Below are positions 39,315 to 55,189 of a stretch of 64,000 nucleotides of DNA, one piece after another. Numbering within the stretch: position 1 is the stretch's first letter; the number at the start of each line of letters is the position of its first letter. Under the pieces are notes generated by a model that saw nothing but the letters and a program-made list of their open reading frames with translations, ran no database searches and was not told the DNA's origin. This DNA comes from the human T2T-CHM13v2.0 reference genome, Homo sapiens: the NCBI RefSeq assembly GCF_009914755.1, contig NC_060933.1, one strand, 5' to 3'. The position numbers were made by a program, and so were the translations under genes.

Positions 39315-39845
39315 GCTTTTGCAAGTGTTTCCTCCCAGTCTAAGGCTTGTCTTCTCATTCTCTTGACATTTTTTTTCATAGAGCGAAGTTTTAAATTTTA
39401 ATAAATTCTAACTTATCAGTTACGTCTCATGTATTGTGCCTTTAGTGTTGTATGTATCTGAAATGTCATCACTAATCCCAACATCATCTAGATTTTCTCT
39501 GATGCTATCTTCTAGGAGTTTTATAGCTTTCATTTTACATTTAGGTCTACGATCCATTTTTGAGCTAATTTTCGTGACAGGTGGGGGTAAAATCTCTGTA
39601 CAGATGCACTTTTGACATGTGGATGTCCAAATGTTCTAGGATTATTTCTTGAAAAAACTATTTTTTCTCTATTGTATTACTTTTTCTTCTTTGCCAAAGA
39701 TCAGATGACTAAATTTTTGTGTATCTATTTATGGGCTCCCAGTTCTGTTTTATTGATCTATTTTTCCATTCTTTTACCAGTCACATTGTCTTGATTACCA
39801 TTTATAGTAAATCTTAAAGTCAAGTGGAGTTTGTTTTTCAACTTT
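39315..39845 (-). mobile_element. L1M (MB/MC) ORF2 fragment
   Basis: 'tcttctaggagttttatag', 'acatttaggtctacgatccatttt', 'ttgccaaagatcagatgact'. Confidence 0.85.
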
Positions 39846-40849
39846 GTCAGGTACACCCCTTCCTCTGATCTGGTTGTTCTCTCTACCTATATCACTCTTC
39901 CTACAGATGTCCACTTGCCTGATTCTCTTCTTTATTTTCTTCTTCCTTCTTCGAGCCCCACCACTAGCCCCAGATGGTCCCGCTGATGATAAAACTGAAA
40001 GTAATACATCACATTTTCTTTGACCTCTCCAACCATGTGTTGTGAAAACGTAGTTTCCTTTGCATGTGGTCTCCCATTTTTGAGATCTGTCTAGGTCACG
40101 TGATCCATCCGTTGCTTCAGTAATCAGTTAAGAGGATGTTACCGTTTAAATGTAATCAGTGTAGCAAGGGGTAGCTGTAGGAAGTTTGCACAGAAAAAGA
40201 GGGCTGACTTATTACCCAGGATATGTGTCTCATCCCTGTACAATGACTGGAATTACTTTGCTCTGACAGACAAAGACAAGGTTATTCCTACCTCAGTATG
40301 ACTATTGACTATGAACCTTTCACAGACAATTTAATCAGCACCTCAACCTAGAAAAAGTCCCAGCCATTCATGGACCTGACCTAATACACTGCACAGAGAA
40401 AAGAAAAGGAAAAACAAAAACAAAAACAAAAAACATTTACAATAGTAGTTAAAAATAAAACCCCTAGAGTAGAGTTTGTGGTTCTTTATGGAATGGCCAT
40501 TCACTTTTATACTCTTCAAGTTATGATCTAGCCCATTTGTAAACTCTCACGTAGAGTTCCTACTGGGTGCCTGCTACTCACTGACCCTCTACCCACCTTC
40601 TCCTCACCTATCCTGTTAATATGTATGCCATAACGCAAATACTATATGGATTACATGCTGAACAGTCAGCTTCCCATCTGCTTCCCCAGCTTCTCAACCA
40701 CCCTCTGGATTATGTCCAGAAAGGGTACTCTAGGAATGAAGGCAGCCAGGCAGGTCTGTATAAAAAACTATTTCATGAGAGTACATTAAGATTGCAAGCT
40801 GCAGAGAAAGGAAATCAAATGACAACGTTTATCTATCAGTATAATATGA

Positions 40850-41045
40850 ACGCCAGTCCTGGCTCAGCCCCTTAGTGGTATGGCTAGAATGAATTTAGGC
40901 ATTAATCCAAGCCTTGGTTCTTTAATACATAAAATAATAATGTATTATTATTTTATGTATTAAATGTATTATTATAATAATAATAATAATACTCATAAAA
41001 TCGTAATGAGTATTAAGTGATATGTTGATGACATAAAAATCTATA
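40850..41045 (+). mobile_element. MIR (degenerate) containing an AT palindrome
   Basis: 'ccagtcctggctcagcccctt', 'aagccttggttc' and 'aatactcataaaatcgtaatgagtattaagtga'. Confidence 0.5.
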
Positions 41046-41168
41046 CCTTTAACCCAGACATATGAGTTTTAGACCCATATACCTAATGATCTCAAAATCC
41101 TTTCTTTGATTTTTAAAAGATACCTCACAATTTTCATATAAAAAAAACCCTCATAATCTTACCCCTTC

Positions 41169-41547
41169 TCAGTAAGGATACATTAGGTAATGTTGCAGCT
41201 ACAGACAACCATAAACTCTCAATGCTTAAAACCATGAAAGCTTATTTCTCTCTTGTACTACCTGCCCATCTTAGGTAGGCAGAGGGCTCTGCTCCAGGGC
41301 ATCCTCACTTGAGGACCCCAATGGACAGAGCCTCCATCATCAGGAACATCACTGGTTGCTGTGGCAGGAGAAGGCCACACCTAGGTTCTTCAGAACTTCC
41401 ATCCCATGAATAACACATGTTACTGCTATGCACATGCCATTGGCCAAACTGTGCCATGCTAAATTCAAATGTTCAGAAAAATACAATTCTACCATGTACT
41501 CACAGGGAGAAAAACCAGAATATTGGTAACAGGCTTAATGTCTACCA
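41169..41547 (-). mobile_element. MLT1J-like solo LTR
   Basis: 'ttaggtaatgttgcagctacagacaacc', 'ccattggccaaac', 'ccagaatattggtaacagg...aatgtctacca'. Confidence 0.8.
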
Positions 41548-41590
41548 TCCTTCCCAAATCGGATCCACCTCCACTGTTTTCAATCTCAGT

Positions 41591-41933
41591 GGAGCAGATT
41601 GGCTAGAAGCTCACCAATGCCAGGACATAGAGGAAGACTTTATTTCCCAGCTCTCTTGAGACATATTAATGGTGAATTGAGTGTGAACAGAAGTACGCCA
41701 ACTCCAGTCTTGGCCTTAAAACTTCCCGTGAGATCTTCACTTGTTGGCTCGCTAAAAGCAAAAGATCAGTGTAGGAGTCTCTCAAGACCCCAGAAGATAG
41801 AAAGATCTGGCATTCATGAATGGCCACCTAATGAATGCCCTAATGTATTGTGAATGAGAAATAAATATTTACTTGGTTAAGTCCCTGAGATTTTCTTTCC
41901 AGCAACTAGTACTTCATAGCCTGATTACTGTAC
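41591..41933 (+). mobile_element. MLT1 (I/J2-like) solo LTR
   Basis: 'tatttcccagctctcttg', 'gtgaatgagaaataaat...ttaagtccctgagatt'; flanks tcagt/tcaat. Confidence 0.7.
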
Positions 41934-43342
41934 TCAATGAGAGACATCTCATCCACCCAAGCACACAGGCCACAAACGTAAAAGTCATCCTTGGGACATT
42001 CTCTTCACTCTCAATATCCCATCTGTCACTGAGCTCTGTTGATCTTGCCTCCTAAACATCTCTTGAATATGTGTATTTCTCAGTTTCCACTTAGCCTAAG
42101 CTAGCATCAGTGTCGCGTGGCCATGCAGTAGTTTTCTCATCATCTTCCTTCATCTCCTCTCATCGCCTTCCAACTAGTTTTTCATGCTATAGAGGAGTGA
42201 TACTTTTTAAAAATCTGTGTCAAGTTATCTTGGCAGTGGCTTCCAATTGTTCACAGCATAAAATCCTAAGCATGGTCTTGAAATCCTTGTAACATGTGAC
42301 CCTATCTCTCTGATCTTTGAAGTCATCTTTCCCTTCTTTGAGCTCTAGCCCAAATGGCTTCTTTTACACTCCCCAGGATGTGCCATGTCCATAGCCACCT
42401 TAGACCTTTGCTCATACTGTCTTCACTGCTCACCATCCTTTAAATTTCAGTTCAAACTTGACTTTTCCGTCAAAGTACTCATCTCTGTCCTCCTAATTTG
42501 TTCAGATGCCTAACATATATTTTCACAGGACCTTATATTTTTTCTTCATATTACTTATCTCTGATGATTTCTTCATTTGTGTTATGATTTTGTATGCATA
42601 TAATTATTTGAATAACATCTTTTTATCCCCTTATGTTTTATGCTTCATGAGAGCAGGAGCCATTTCTAGTTTGGTTGTATTACTTAGCTCGGTACCTGGC
42701 ACAAAGTATGTATTGAAAGCATGAAATTGGCATGCTTTATATGATGTAAATTATTTAGAACCATGTCTGGCATATAGCAAATGCTCAATAAATACAAGCT
42801 CTAATGATAGTTATTTGTTCCTATTTAGACCCTAGCCAATGTCTAAAGGGAAGTTAGGCACGTGAAAAGAATCTGGTAGGAGGTTGCAGTCCTAGAAACA
42901 GAGGTTCCTGAACATGTGGGATTCTGGATAAAATTCACACCATACATCAAATGGAGGTAAAGAGCCTTAAAGGGCTTCAGTCAACATAGTGAGGAGGCAT
43001 AACAAGCTATGAGTCATGGAAATCTATGTCATTGTGACTAGCTCCAAATCCCATGTTTGGAGGGCTGGGGATACCAATACACTCCCTGTCCGTGGATGCT
43101 CAGTTCAGAACCTGAGCGGGTCCCAAACTACAGGTGGCAGGCCTGTTACTGAGCCCCATGCTACTGGAAGAGGCAAAAGAACACACCTAATTATAGGCCT
43201 GGAACTACCAAGTAAAATGGAGGATCGAAGCAATTATTCAAAGAGTTTGGGAAGAAGAACAGGACATTAATCCCCTGCCCACCCCCTACTTTCTTCCCTT
43301 GTTTATTTCCAGCAATTATTTTTCTTTAGCCTAAATCCAGAA

Positions 43343-43612
43343 CAGTTGCCTATAGTGTGCTCTTCTCTGCAGCATTAATAGATGTTATATAAAAGAGATC
43401 TTTGGAAAATGGGGAAATGCTACATTAAATAAAGTTAAGCCAACTTCATTATTGCAGGACTTCTGAGAATTTTTATGTGTACTGACCCTTGGAGAAAGTT
43501 ATGTAGCATTTGCTCCAACATATTTAACCATGAAAGTCTTGTTTTGTTTTCTTGCTTGTTTGTTTTTAGCAAAGTGTTTCTGGTGCTTCAAGGAACTCAT
43601 TTTGGGAAATGT
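43343..43612. mobile_element. MER103C-like hAT-Charlie element
   Basis: 'gggaaatgct...taaataaagttaa...ttattgcaggacttctgaga' and 'ttttgggaaatg'. Confidence 0.65.
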
Positions 43613-43694
43613 GAAATAGATATTTTCTCCTTTTTTCTTTGTATTTAGCCAAATCAGAAAACCTAGCAGTTCCTGATATATAACTGTCATCGAA

Positions 43695-43890
43695 AATAGT
43701 GTGGCTCAAAAGAAAGCCCCTCAGGCTTGGGATCTCTGTGTCCCACAACATGAGTCTAGAGTTAGACTCTAGACCTATCAACACTGCTGTATTATCTTGG
43801 ACAAATCACTTTATCTCTATGCTTTCTAGTCTATAAAAGAAAGCTTTGACCTATCTGCCCTCAAATGTTCTTCGTTTTAAACGATCTGAA
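43695..43890 (+). mobile_element. MIR/MIR3
   Basis: 'ctgtattatcttggacaaatcactttatctct'. Confidence 0.55.
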
Positions 43891-44006
43891 AATCCAAGTA
43901 GCTTGAAGTGAGATATGATATTCTCCATTAATATAATATCTGAAAATACTCCATAGAGACTCATCATTTTTCTCAAATTTTCCAAAACCATTTTTAAAAA
44001 TGGAAG

Positions 44007-44245
44007 ACCACTTGAGCCCAGGAGTTCAAGACCATCCTGGGCAACCTGGTAAGACTCTGTCTCTATAAAAAATTCAATTATTAGCTGGACGTGCTTGTGT
44101 GCATCTGTGGTCCTAGCTACATGGGAGGCTGAGGCGGGTGGATCACTTGAGCTCAGGAGGGGAGGTCCAGGCTGCAGGAAGCCATGTTCATGTCACTGAA
44201 TTCTTCCAGCCTGGGTGACAGAGTGAGACTCTGTCTCTAAAAAAA
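44007..44245 (+). mobile_element. AluJ, 5'-truncated
   Basis: 'cacttgagcccaggagttcaagaccatcctgggcaac' to 'gtgacagagtgagactctgtctc'. Confidence 0.92.
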
Positions 44246-44812
44246 CAGTTTCAGTTCCTCCTTAATTTGTCTCCTTTATCATATACTAAATTCCTTTTAA
44301 ACTTCAATCTATACCTGGACTTTCTAATGTGTTCCATTATTTTGATGTACCAGTATCACACTATTTAATTAAAAGACATTTTAATTGGTTTTTCATGTAA
44401 TTTGACTACTTTAAAATGTTAGCAACATCCAGGGAACTAATGGAATTAGGAAATATAGTTCATTTATATTACTGATGGTGCCATTTGAATATAAAAATGT
44501 GTCTGCTATTATCTAGTTAATATTTTGGAAGAAGGAGTCAGTTAGGTGGCCCTCTAGAGAATGCTACAGCTACCTAGAAAGTTACTACATGAGAATATAT
44601 GAATCAGATGTCATTATGCTGTCTTCATCTCGGATACATTGGGGAAACTGAGTCAGCATATCTGTATATTCATCACCCTTATGGGCTACATGGCCAACTT
44701 TTCATTACTTGCCTAACTACCTGGAATCATGGCTGTGGCCTTCTCTGACATTGGACATTTAGGCTTTTTTTCTTTCAAGTAACTGGTTGGGTTTCCCCAT
44801 CACCACTTTTAA

Positions 44813-45100
<288 letters not shown>

Positions 45101-45821
45101 ACCACTTTTAAGTGTCTATGCTTCAGTCAACTGATAAGTCCTGCCTAATGTTCTAGGATAATCACATGAATTGATCACAAAATTAAATATGCCCATTTGC
45201 AAATCTGTGTACCCATCTTTGAATGACCAGGTTGGTCCTTACCAAACACAAAACCCAAATTTATTGAAGACAAAATATGGCACTGGTTACTGTAATCAAC
45301 TAGAAGCATATTTAATTTTGCTATCTTTGGGATAAAGGGGGAGATCATTTTGTTTCTTGGATGGCTGCAATTGTTTCTGTAGTATATATTTTGCATGGAT
45401 ATCGGTATTGCTTTCTTGCAAACTTTTAATGAAGAATATTTATTATCTTAAGCCGAATGACTGATACCAACAACAGGTATCACGGAACTATTGTTTCTTC
45501 TTTTTAAATTTTCAAATAACCTTCATAATTTGTACCTAAAAGGAAGTCTTTCCTATTCACTGACCTACAAGATTCTTTATATAGTTGCAGAAAGTTTTGG
45601 TGAGTATTATAAAAGCCAATCACGTTTACTCATATTGCATTTTATGTTTCAGAACATGCCAAGAAACAAGATGTAGAGTACACAAAATACATATATTTGA
45701 CCTCCCAATATTTATTTTAACTTCTGCTGGGAGAGATTCAACTAGCCTTTTGTGATATCTACATCAAAATGTGCAAACCGAAATTTGGTTGTTAAGGATA
45801 GAGGAAAATGGAGCTGAACCA

Positions 45822-45824
45822 AAA

Positions 45825-45855
<31 letters not shown>

Positions 45856-45860
45856 AAATA
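45822..45860. repeat. (AAAT)n microsatellite
   Basis: About 8 units. Confidence 0.95.
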
Positions 45861-46673
45861 AGAAAGAAACCAAATGCTTGGTAAACCTGGCATAGCATCT
45901 TTCCAGAGTGAATGAAGTATTCACAAGCTATATTAAAAAGAAAAGAAATATTTAAAATAACTGACACTCCACATCCTACGGATATAGACACAAATCTCAG
46001 AAGTAATTAAAATAAAGATATCAAAGGGGAGGGCAAATACCCCTGCGAACTCAGAATGGTAAAATACACACAGTCTGACCTCTGTTACCATTGAATCAAA
46101 CAAGCTGTTAATTACAAAAGGATGAACACCCTCTGGAGATAACAGCAAACTCCAGGCAGTCAATAGGATGTGATAACATCCAATACAATCAAGAAACATT
46201 TGAGTTGAGCACAGGATTATACATGAGGATTGGAGGATTAGGAGACATGGCATTTCTGAGTCTAGTAAACAGAGAGCACAAGATGCTAGCTGAGGAAAGT
46301 AGAGGGTAGGAGAGACAGATGTGATGAATTAATCACTAGGAAGGCAATGAAATAATGGCTGGGTTCTGTTCCGTAGGCTGGCAGGGAATGAATGAACCAT
46401 GATGACCTCTTTTGCATTTCTAGCCTTCAATTATGAATTGAGCACATGCATGATGGCGTGTTAAGAAATACTAAAAACTCTGTAATTGCTGTTGGTTTTT
46501 GGCTAAGCAGGAGACTTTTGTTACTTTGTATTTAAAAAACGATGAAGTAAGCTGTGTCCCTAAAAAGTCCTGTTATTATAATATAATCGCTCATGGCTGA
46601 GATTGTAGCTGGAGGCACACGTTAAGATAGGAAAATTCATTCTGATGAACATAAACACCTGATGTTTATCCTA

Positions 46674-47269
46674 TGTGCTAGTTACTTATTGCTGTGTAAC
46701 AAATTACACCAAAGCTTAGTGACTTAAAGCAACAAACATTTTCAATCTCAGCATTTCTGGGCGTCAGGAATCCAGATGTAGCTTAGCTGAGTGCCTCTGG
46801 TTCAGAGTCTCTCACAAAGCTGCAATCGAGTAGTTGGCCAAGGCTGCTGTCATCTCAAGGTTTAGCTAGGGGAGGATCAATTTCCAAGCTCATTCATATG
46901 ACTGTTGGCAGCCCTCTGATCCATATCCAGATTCAGTCATGAGGCTGCTGGCAGGCCTCAGGCTCTCCCTGGTTTTTGGCTGAAGACACCAGTTCCTTGC
47001 CATGCAAGCCTGTTTACAGGGCTCTTTATAACATGAAAGCTTGTTTCCCCCAGAGCTGGAGCAGAGACAGAGAATACCCCCAAGATGAAAGCCATGTTCT
47101 TCTGAGATTTACTGAATCTCAGAAGTAACATCCCGTTGCCTTTGTAGCATTCTATTGACGAAGAGCAAGTCACTAATTCCAGCCACACTCAAGCAGAGGA
47201 AATTACCCAAAGACATGAAGACCACAAGGTAGGCATCACTAGGAACAGTCTGAGAAGTGGTCTACTGCA
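46674..47269 (-). mobile_element. MLT1F-like solo LTR
   Basis: 'ttattgctgtgtaacaaattacaccaaagcttagtgacttaaagcaacaaacatt'; TG...CA ends; TSD tccta/tctta. Confidence 0.88.
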
Positions 47270-47429
47270 TCTTATTTATCAAAATTCCTGGGTCAATTGA
47301 ACAATAATAACTGTCCTCCTTTGCATTGAAATTAAACGTTTGTGTACAGTCAAGTATGTGTGTATGATAAGTATATAGAGTCACAATTAGGAGCTTTCTG
47401 CAGGCATCTACAGCTTACTTTCTTTATCC

Positions 47430-49150
<1,721 letters not shown>

Positions 49151-50091
49151 AATTCTTACATTTTGACTATATATAACATATATTGGATTTAATATATTTA
49201 ATTTTGTTAAGAACCCCTATATTTTTGATGGGGAATGGAGGGAAAGATTTCTAAGAAGTTTGGAGCTAGCTATTTCCTAGTCCCACTAAGTGAGAAACAG
49301 TACTTGGACTCTTAGCAAACTCTTAGTTAAAATGGAGAGCTCCAGCTTTTTTTTAGCTTGATTGCAAAACCACGTCTGCCAGACACGTTTGCTAGTTGAC
49401 CTTCTGTGTCCCATATGCTTTCCTGTAATTCTCTTGGTGCTTCCAGCCACTTGGTTGCTATGGTGTGATTAGTTACATTCAGAAGTTTCCCTCTTCTTTG
49501 AGAATAGAAGGTTTTCTCTGTCTATGTCCAATTCTTCTCTACTCCTGAGGCCAGTTGGGGAGGGAAGCAAGAAGAGATTGTGAAAGTTTGCCATTGGTGA
49601 AACAATCACCTTTGATGCACACTAGAAAAATGGATGAGAGTTGTAATGAAAGAGTAACTTCAGCCAACCAAAGTCAAGTCCAGATTTTCAATGTTGTGGT
49701 GGAGGTTCCAGAATCTCATCATAGGAGGATTAGTTATAATTCTGTTGAGTGATTCACAGAATGATAATAACACAGCACAGAGGTTGTTTTTGGCCTTTCC
49801 TCAGAGTTAAAATTCCCTACAGATACCATCTTATGGATACTCCAAACATGCCTGCATTGTAGAGACAAGCAACAGAACGATGCTTACAGGTAGGTACTTG
49901 AGTCTGTTTCACCACCTGGGGGCAGGGCCACACCTAGTTCATACCAGCAAAGTGAGATCTTTGCTGGTTTAATTGTAGGCCATTAATGCCTTTTATCATA
50001 CCTGGAGTGGAGTCCCTAACTTACAATTTAAGTCTATTTATTATTACTAACATTATTAGCCAATTACCATGATTTAGAGTCCTAAATTCAC

Positions 50092-50142
50092 CTCTCTCTC
50101 TCTGTCTGTGTGTGTGTGTGTGTGTGTGCGCGTGTGTGTGTG
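50092..50142. repeat. (TC)n(TG)n with a CG interruption
   Basis: Direct observation. Confidence 0.92.
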
Positions 50143-50706
50143 GTGTATAATTAATCTGAATATGATGGTCTAAATTTGTCTGTATATGCATATATATGTA
50201 GCCAATCTGAAATTTTCCTTGAACTGAATTTTTTTTTTTAATTTTTTAAAAAAATGTTTATGAGTTTATTCATAGAGCACTGAGCTTCCATCCTCTCTAA
50301 ACCTCCCCAGCACCCAGACCCTGGTACCATGAGTGATGACACTTTTTCTTATTGGATATAACTGAATTGATAGTTACTGTACTGAAGGCTTCAGACTAAA
50401 TGTTTCAACTCCAGCTTTAGGACAAACTCTGAAAAAGTCCCTTATGACTGGAAACCTTTCCTTCCTGGTAGGCCACCTCTGCTCATCCCCTGCATTTTCC
50501 TCCCTGGCCCCACCTGTACCGCCGTCCTTGGGGGATCATTTTTCTCTCCCTGTTGTCTGGTGCTTCATTCCCCATAGTGGACCATCCTTGACACACAATG
50601 ATACACTCTGCTACCTTTTCAAATACATCAAAATTTTAACAAAATTCTTTGTAAATGAAGGATCAGATATTTTATGGTCATGTTTTAAGCATCAGCCAGA
50701 AGATAA

Positions 50707-51081
<375 letters not shown>

Positions 51082-51359
51082 TGATTTTCCTCTGACCTCC
51101 AATTCAAATTGACTAAATATCTCAAGCTTCTTGTATAACTATTCCTTGGGCCCAAACTTTCTCACCTCCATTATCAACACCATCATCTTGACCATATATC
51201 AATCTAATTTTTTCACACTAATCTCTGGTACTACAAGGTACCAGAAAGTTCTGAATTCAAGAGTTGTCTGATCAACAATATGCAACAACAACATGCTTGT
51301 GTTTCAATGATAAATCCTGGCATTGGCGAGGATGAAGAAAACCATGCATTCTCATACTC

Positions 51360-51622
51360 TATTGTTCTCAGGAGTGTGGCTTTAGATGTGAATCCTAGTC
51401 TTTGTATATCAATTTGTTTCCACCATGAGAGAAGCCATCCATGGATAGAGCTAATAACAGGAAATGCCAAGTAGAGTGATAAAAATAAGTTTTTGATGAC
51501 AGTGTTGATTGCTGAATCAAGCCAGTCCTGCAGTTGTTCTTCCCAATTAATGAACCTCTATATCCTCTTTACAGTTTCAACCAGGTTGTGTGTTACTTGC
51601 TTCTTAAGTCACCCTAAATTAC
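51360..51622 (+). mobile_element. Old MLT1 LTR fragment
   Basis: 'tttgatgacagtgttgattgctgaatcaagcc' and end 'tgttacttgc...ccctaaattaca'. Confidence 0.6.
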
Positions 51623-52054
51623 ATGCATAATATAGGATATATACAGGTTTTAAGAAGCATAATGAGGATCTATATGTAATGATATGAATAGAAGACAAAG
51701 TAAGATGCAATTTGTTGTATTTTTTAAAAAAATCAAGATGCAGAACATTGTATATATTATATATATATATAAATGGGAACATTATATACAATGTTCACTC
51801 TCCCTTTTTTATATAAAGTGATTATGGGCCTTTATGTATTCATATGTTAGTTTATAACCTTATATCCTAGTACATGCAAATAATGTTTCTAGAAATATAA
51901 ATAAGACACTGTTAACCATGGAGTGGGTATAGGAAGTTGGGAATGGGAAAGAGGACATACTTTTACCTTAAACATTTCCAAACTGTTGAAAACTTTGAAA
52001 TGGGAATCCATTACTTTAAAAATTAGGAATAATAACTATGAAAATCTTTAAAAA

Positions 52055-52470
52055 TTTGTGCCAGACAGTGCTAGGAGTGGATAACTCTGTCCTATAAGGA
52101 GTTCATTGTCTAGAGGAGATAAATATACAAAAACACAATGCGGTAATGTGCTTCTTGCAGGTGCAAAGATAATCCAGTTCCATGGGGAAGAGTCACATGG
52201 GCCTTTAGAGAGGAGATGATGCCTAGCTGAGGTTTTACAGTGGGAATAGGAGTTCACCAAACAGACTGGGAGGGGGATATTTTGAGAATACGAAGAGGTG
52301 AAATGCAGGCCCTTGTCTCTTTTAGAAACTGTTAATGAGTCAATAATTCCAGAGAGGACAAAGGGAGAGTGGTGAGGACAGAGGAGCAAGCAGAAGCCAT
52401 GTAATGACTAGCGTGCTTGCCAGGCTAAGAAGCTGGGCTTTTATTTTTCAGCACCTAGAAACCTTTTGCC
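52055..52470 (-). mobile_element. L2 3' fragment flanked by L1M fragments (about 51690-52030 and 52500-52690)
   Basis: 'tgtgccagacagtgctagg...ggagttcattgtctagagg' and 'gccaggctaagaagctgggcttttat'. Confidence 0.65.
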
Positions 52471-54589
52471 AAGGCTGAAAATTCTATTAATTTCTCAGAA
52501 TAAAATATTTTAAGCAAGTAGGAAACTATAATGATAAAGAATATAGAGTATAATATAGCAAAACTCAGGTATTCATCATCCAGTCCTGTCAAATCTTAAT
52601 ATTTAGCTTCAAAATTTTTTAAAAGAAATAAAACATTACAAATATAGCAAAAGCTCTCCATATACTCTTCCTTTACCTCAATCCCCTTTGCCTTCAAAGA
52701 AAAGTATACATATAGTTTACAGACAAGTGGTAACTTAATATCAGAAAGAGAACATAATTTAGGTACTCTACTCAGTCGTTTTTAACTCTTAATGCAGCCT
52801 ATTCACATGTCACCCTACAATGGATAAACTGTCACATAACCCATGTAAAATAAGAAACCATGGTCAGCTTGAAGTTTTTCATATAGCAACTGTCTTGTCA
52901 TATAATGATGCCCTTTGGAATAAAAAGATGCGTGTCTGCTATAGCTAGAAACCATTAGACCCTGACCTGATATTGGAAAGGGTCACGAGCATATGTAGAC
53001 TTATTTTGAAACTGAGGATCAGGAAAAGTGGTCATGGAAGTCATTGACTTCAAAATCACCAAGTGATTCTTAACTTCAGTTTGTTTGTTGTTTACATTAT
53101 TGGTGTGCAGTGACGTGTGTTTGACTATGTGTCTGAGTGTGTGCATTTGTGTGTGGTGTGTCTCTTTAGAATACAAAAGAGGCTGGTTTAGTTTTCAGTA
53201 TCTGGTTAATAAGAAGTTAAACCAAAAAGGCTGTTCTTGGATGAAAAGCAGGTCGATCATTTGCCACCCTTTATAAAAGGGGGGTTTGAATGATACAAAA
53301 CTACGTACTTTTACATAAGTAGAAGGCATTCAACATGCTACATTATCTGCACCAAAGAGTAGATAGCAAAAATAGCATACTTTTCTAAACTTACTCTTAT
53401 TTGCTTCATGTTTACTCTACATTGGTTAATATTAACAAGGCTTAAATTAAATGACATTTACTATGAAAAGTGAAATTTTAATGAGCACAGGAAAGCATAA
53501 ATGTTTACTGAACACTTACATATTTAAGAGGATGTTATACAACTTACAGCAAAATTAAAAAAAAATTCAGCATTTTGAAACATAGGTAAGGTTTTTTTGT
53601 AGTTTTTTTTTCGACTTTCAAGTGGTATAAATTACTTGTGTTTAAGATGTACAAACCCACACTGAAACCACTTTAAATAATTCTGAGAATAAATAAATAC
53701 TCATAGTATATTTTCTAAATTAGTGCCAGGGATATTATACACCTATGCAGTCTATTTCTTACCACAGTTTGAAATCTCACAGCCTCAAAATACAATTATT
53801 TTCCTTCTTTTTTAATTATTCAAGTAACACACTCTATTGGCTTTCAACATTTATAACTCAAAGTTATCTGATTTTTTTCTAATTTGTCATCAATTAAGAA
53901 AGAACTAGAGTTTTAGCATATATCTTCTTTTAAAAAAATCAAGATGAAAAACAAAAAAGAAGAAAAGTAGTGTGATACTTTTTCTCCATTTGGTAACTCA
54001 CCTGACATTTACCTGCTAAGTCTTTATTCCAGGCTTTCATTCCATCCAACATACTGATCTCAATATAATCAGCGTCTTCTTAAGCACATTCATGATAAGA
54101 TATGACTGCTCTGTTTTAAAAATTGTATAGCTCCCTCTCCCCAGTCCAATATTTCAAATCCCACTTAACTAAAACAAAGCAAAATTTGACTGATAGAAAA
54201 TTATTTGCAAATAAAAGAAAATAATTTAGAATCAATCCCTTGAATAAATAATTTATAATAAGCTATGTTAACATCATGTACATTTCCATTAATATATTTA
54301 TAACTTATTTATAAAATAATGCTCTTGATATAGTCTGTTAATTATATATACTAAACATATTTATAAAATAACATGGCACATACATTATTTCATAAAAACA
54401 TTAAGTATAGAATATTTATGCATATATGCTATATTAAAAGCATTAGTTTATTAAAAAGCATTATATATATACTCAATAATCCGACAGCCAGTCTTTTTCT
54501 AAAGCTTAGAATTTCAAGAAACCAAAAATCAAATGATATAGGATAGCAGAAAACTTAAAATTTTGTCTTTTTTCTTATTTAGATTAATG

Positions 54590-55110
54590 AGTTGAAAACT
54601 ATTTTCAAAGAGAATGAGTCACCTGGAAAAGCTGTCAAAACTGGATCAAAGAGTTTAGGTTTTCTAAGAAGAGAGAACTGTTAGGAGGCTAAAACCATAC
54701 TCCAGATAAATACTGATTGGGCCTCATGGGACATGGTGGTGATAACTCTAAAAGGCGTCTTGAAAGATGAAATAGCAAGTAGAAGAACATCTGAAAATAA
54801 GACATGGAAGAAAGGGAAGCCTCAAAGATAACTCTAAGATTTTGAACATGAAATCTGAGGAATTGTTGATACCATTAATTGACAAAGGGAAGCTGTGAGA
54901 AAGTGTAGGTTTCAAGGGAAAGAAGGCGAAATGCAGTTTGGGGCTATTGAATTTCAAAATTCAATAAGTAAGTAACATTATTACTACAATTTTTCAGATG
55001 AGAAACTTAAGTAGGAGGCATTAAGTAATTTGTCCAAGGCCACACAGCTAATAAGTTATGCAGCCAGAATTTGAACGTAGGCAGCTTTCTTTCCTATTGC
55101 CCTACTGAAA
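54590..55110 (-). mobile_element. L2 fragment followed by a MIR (about 54970-55110)
   Basis: 'gttaggaggcta...tccagataa'; MIR 'ttttcagatgagaaactt...ccaaggccacacagctaataag'. Confidence 0.65.
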
Positions 55111-55189
55111 ATTTAAATGCCTTGATCTTTTTCTTTGGAAGCAATTATATAGGTGATGAAAAATTGTAATTGACATCTGGTCTTTGTCA

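Larger units (their letters stand above)
41075..42725 (+). mobile_element. L2 (L2a-like), interrupted by two MLT1 LTRs
   Basis: Segments join colinearly: 'ttcccaaatcgg...caatctcagt' to 'catccacccaagc...gtcatccttg'; 3' end 'gcttcatgagagcagg...cctggcaca'. Confidence 0.7.

Noticed and set aside
46880-46960. Degenerate ~45-bp tandem duplication in the MLT1F LTR
   Set aside because: Probably part of the subfamily consensus rather than locus-specific.
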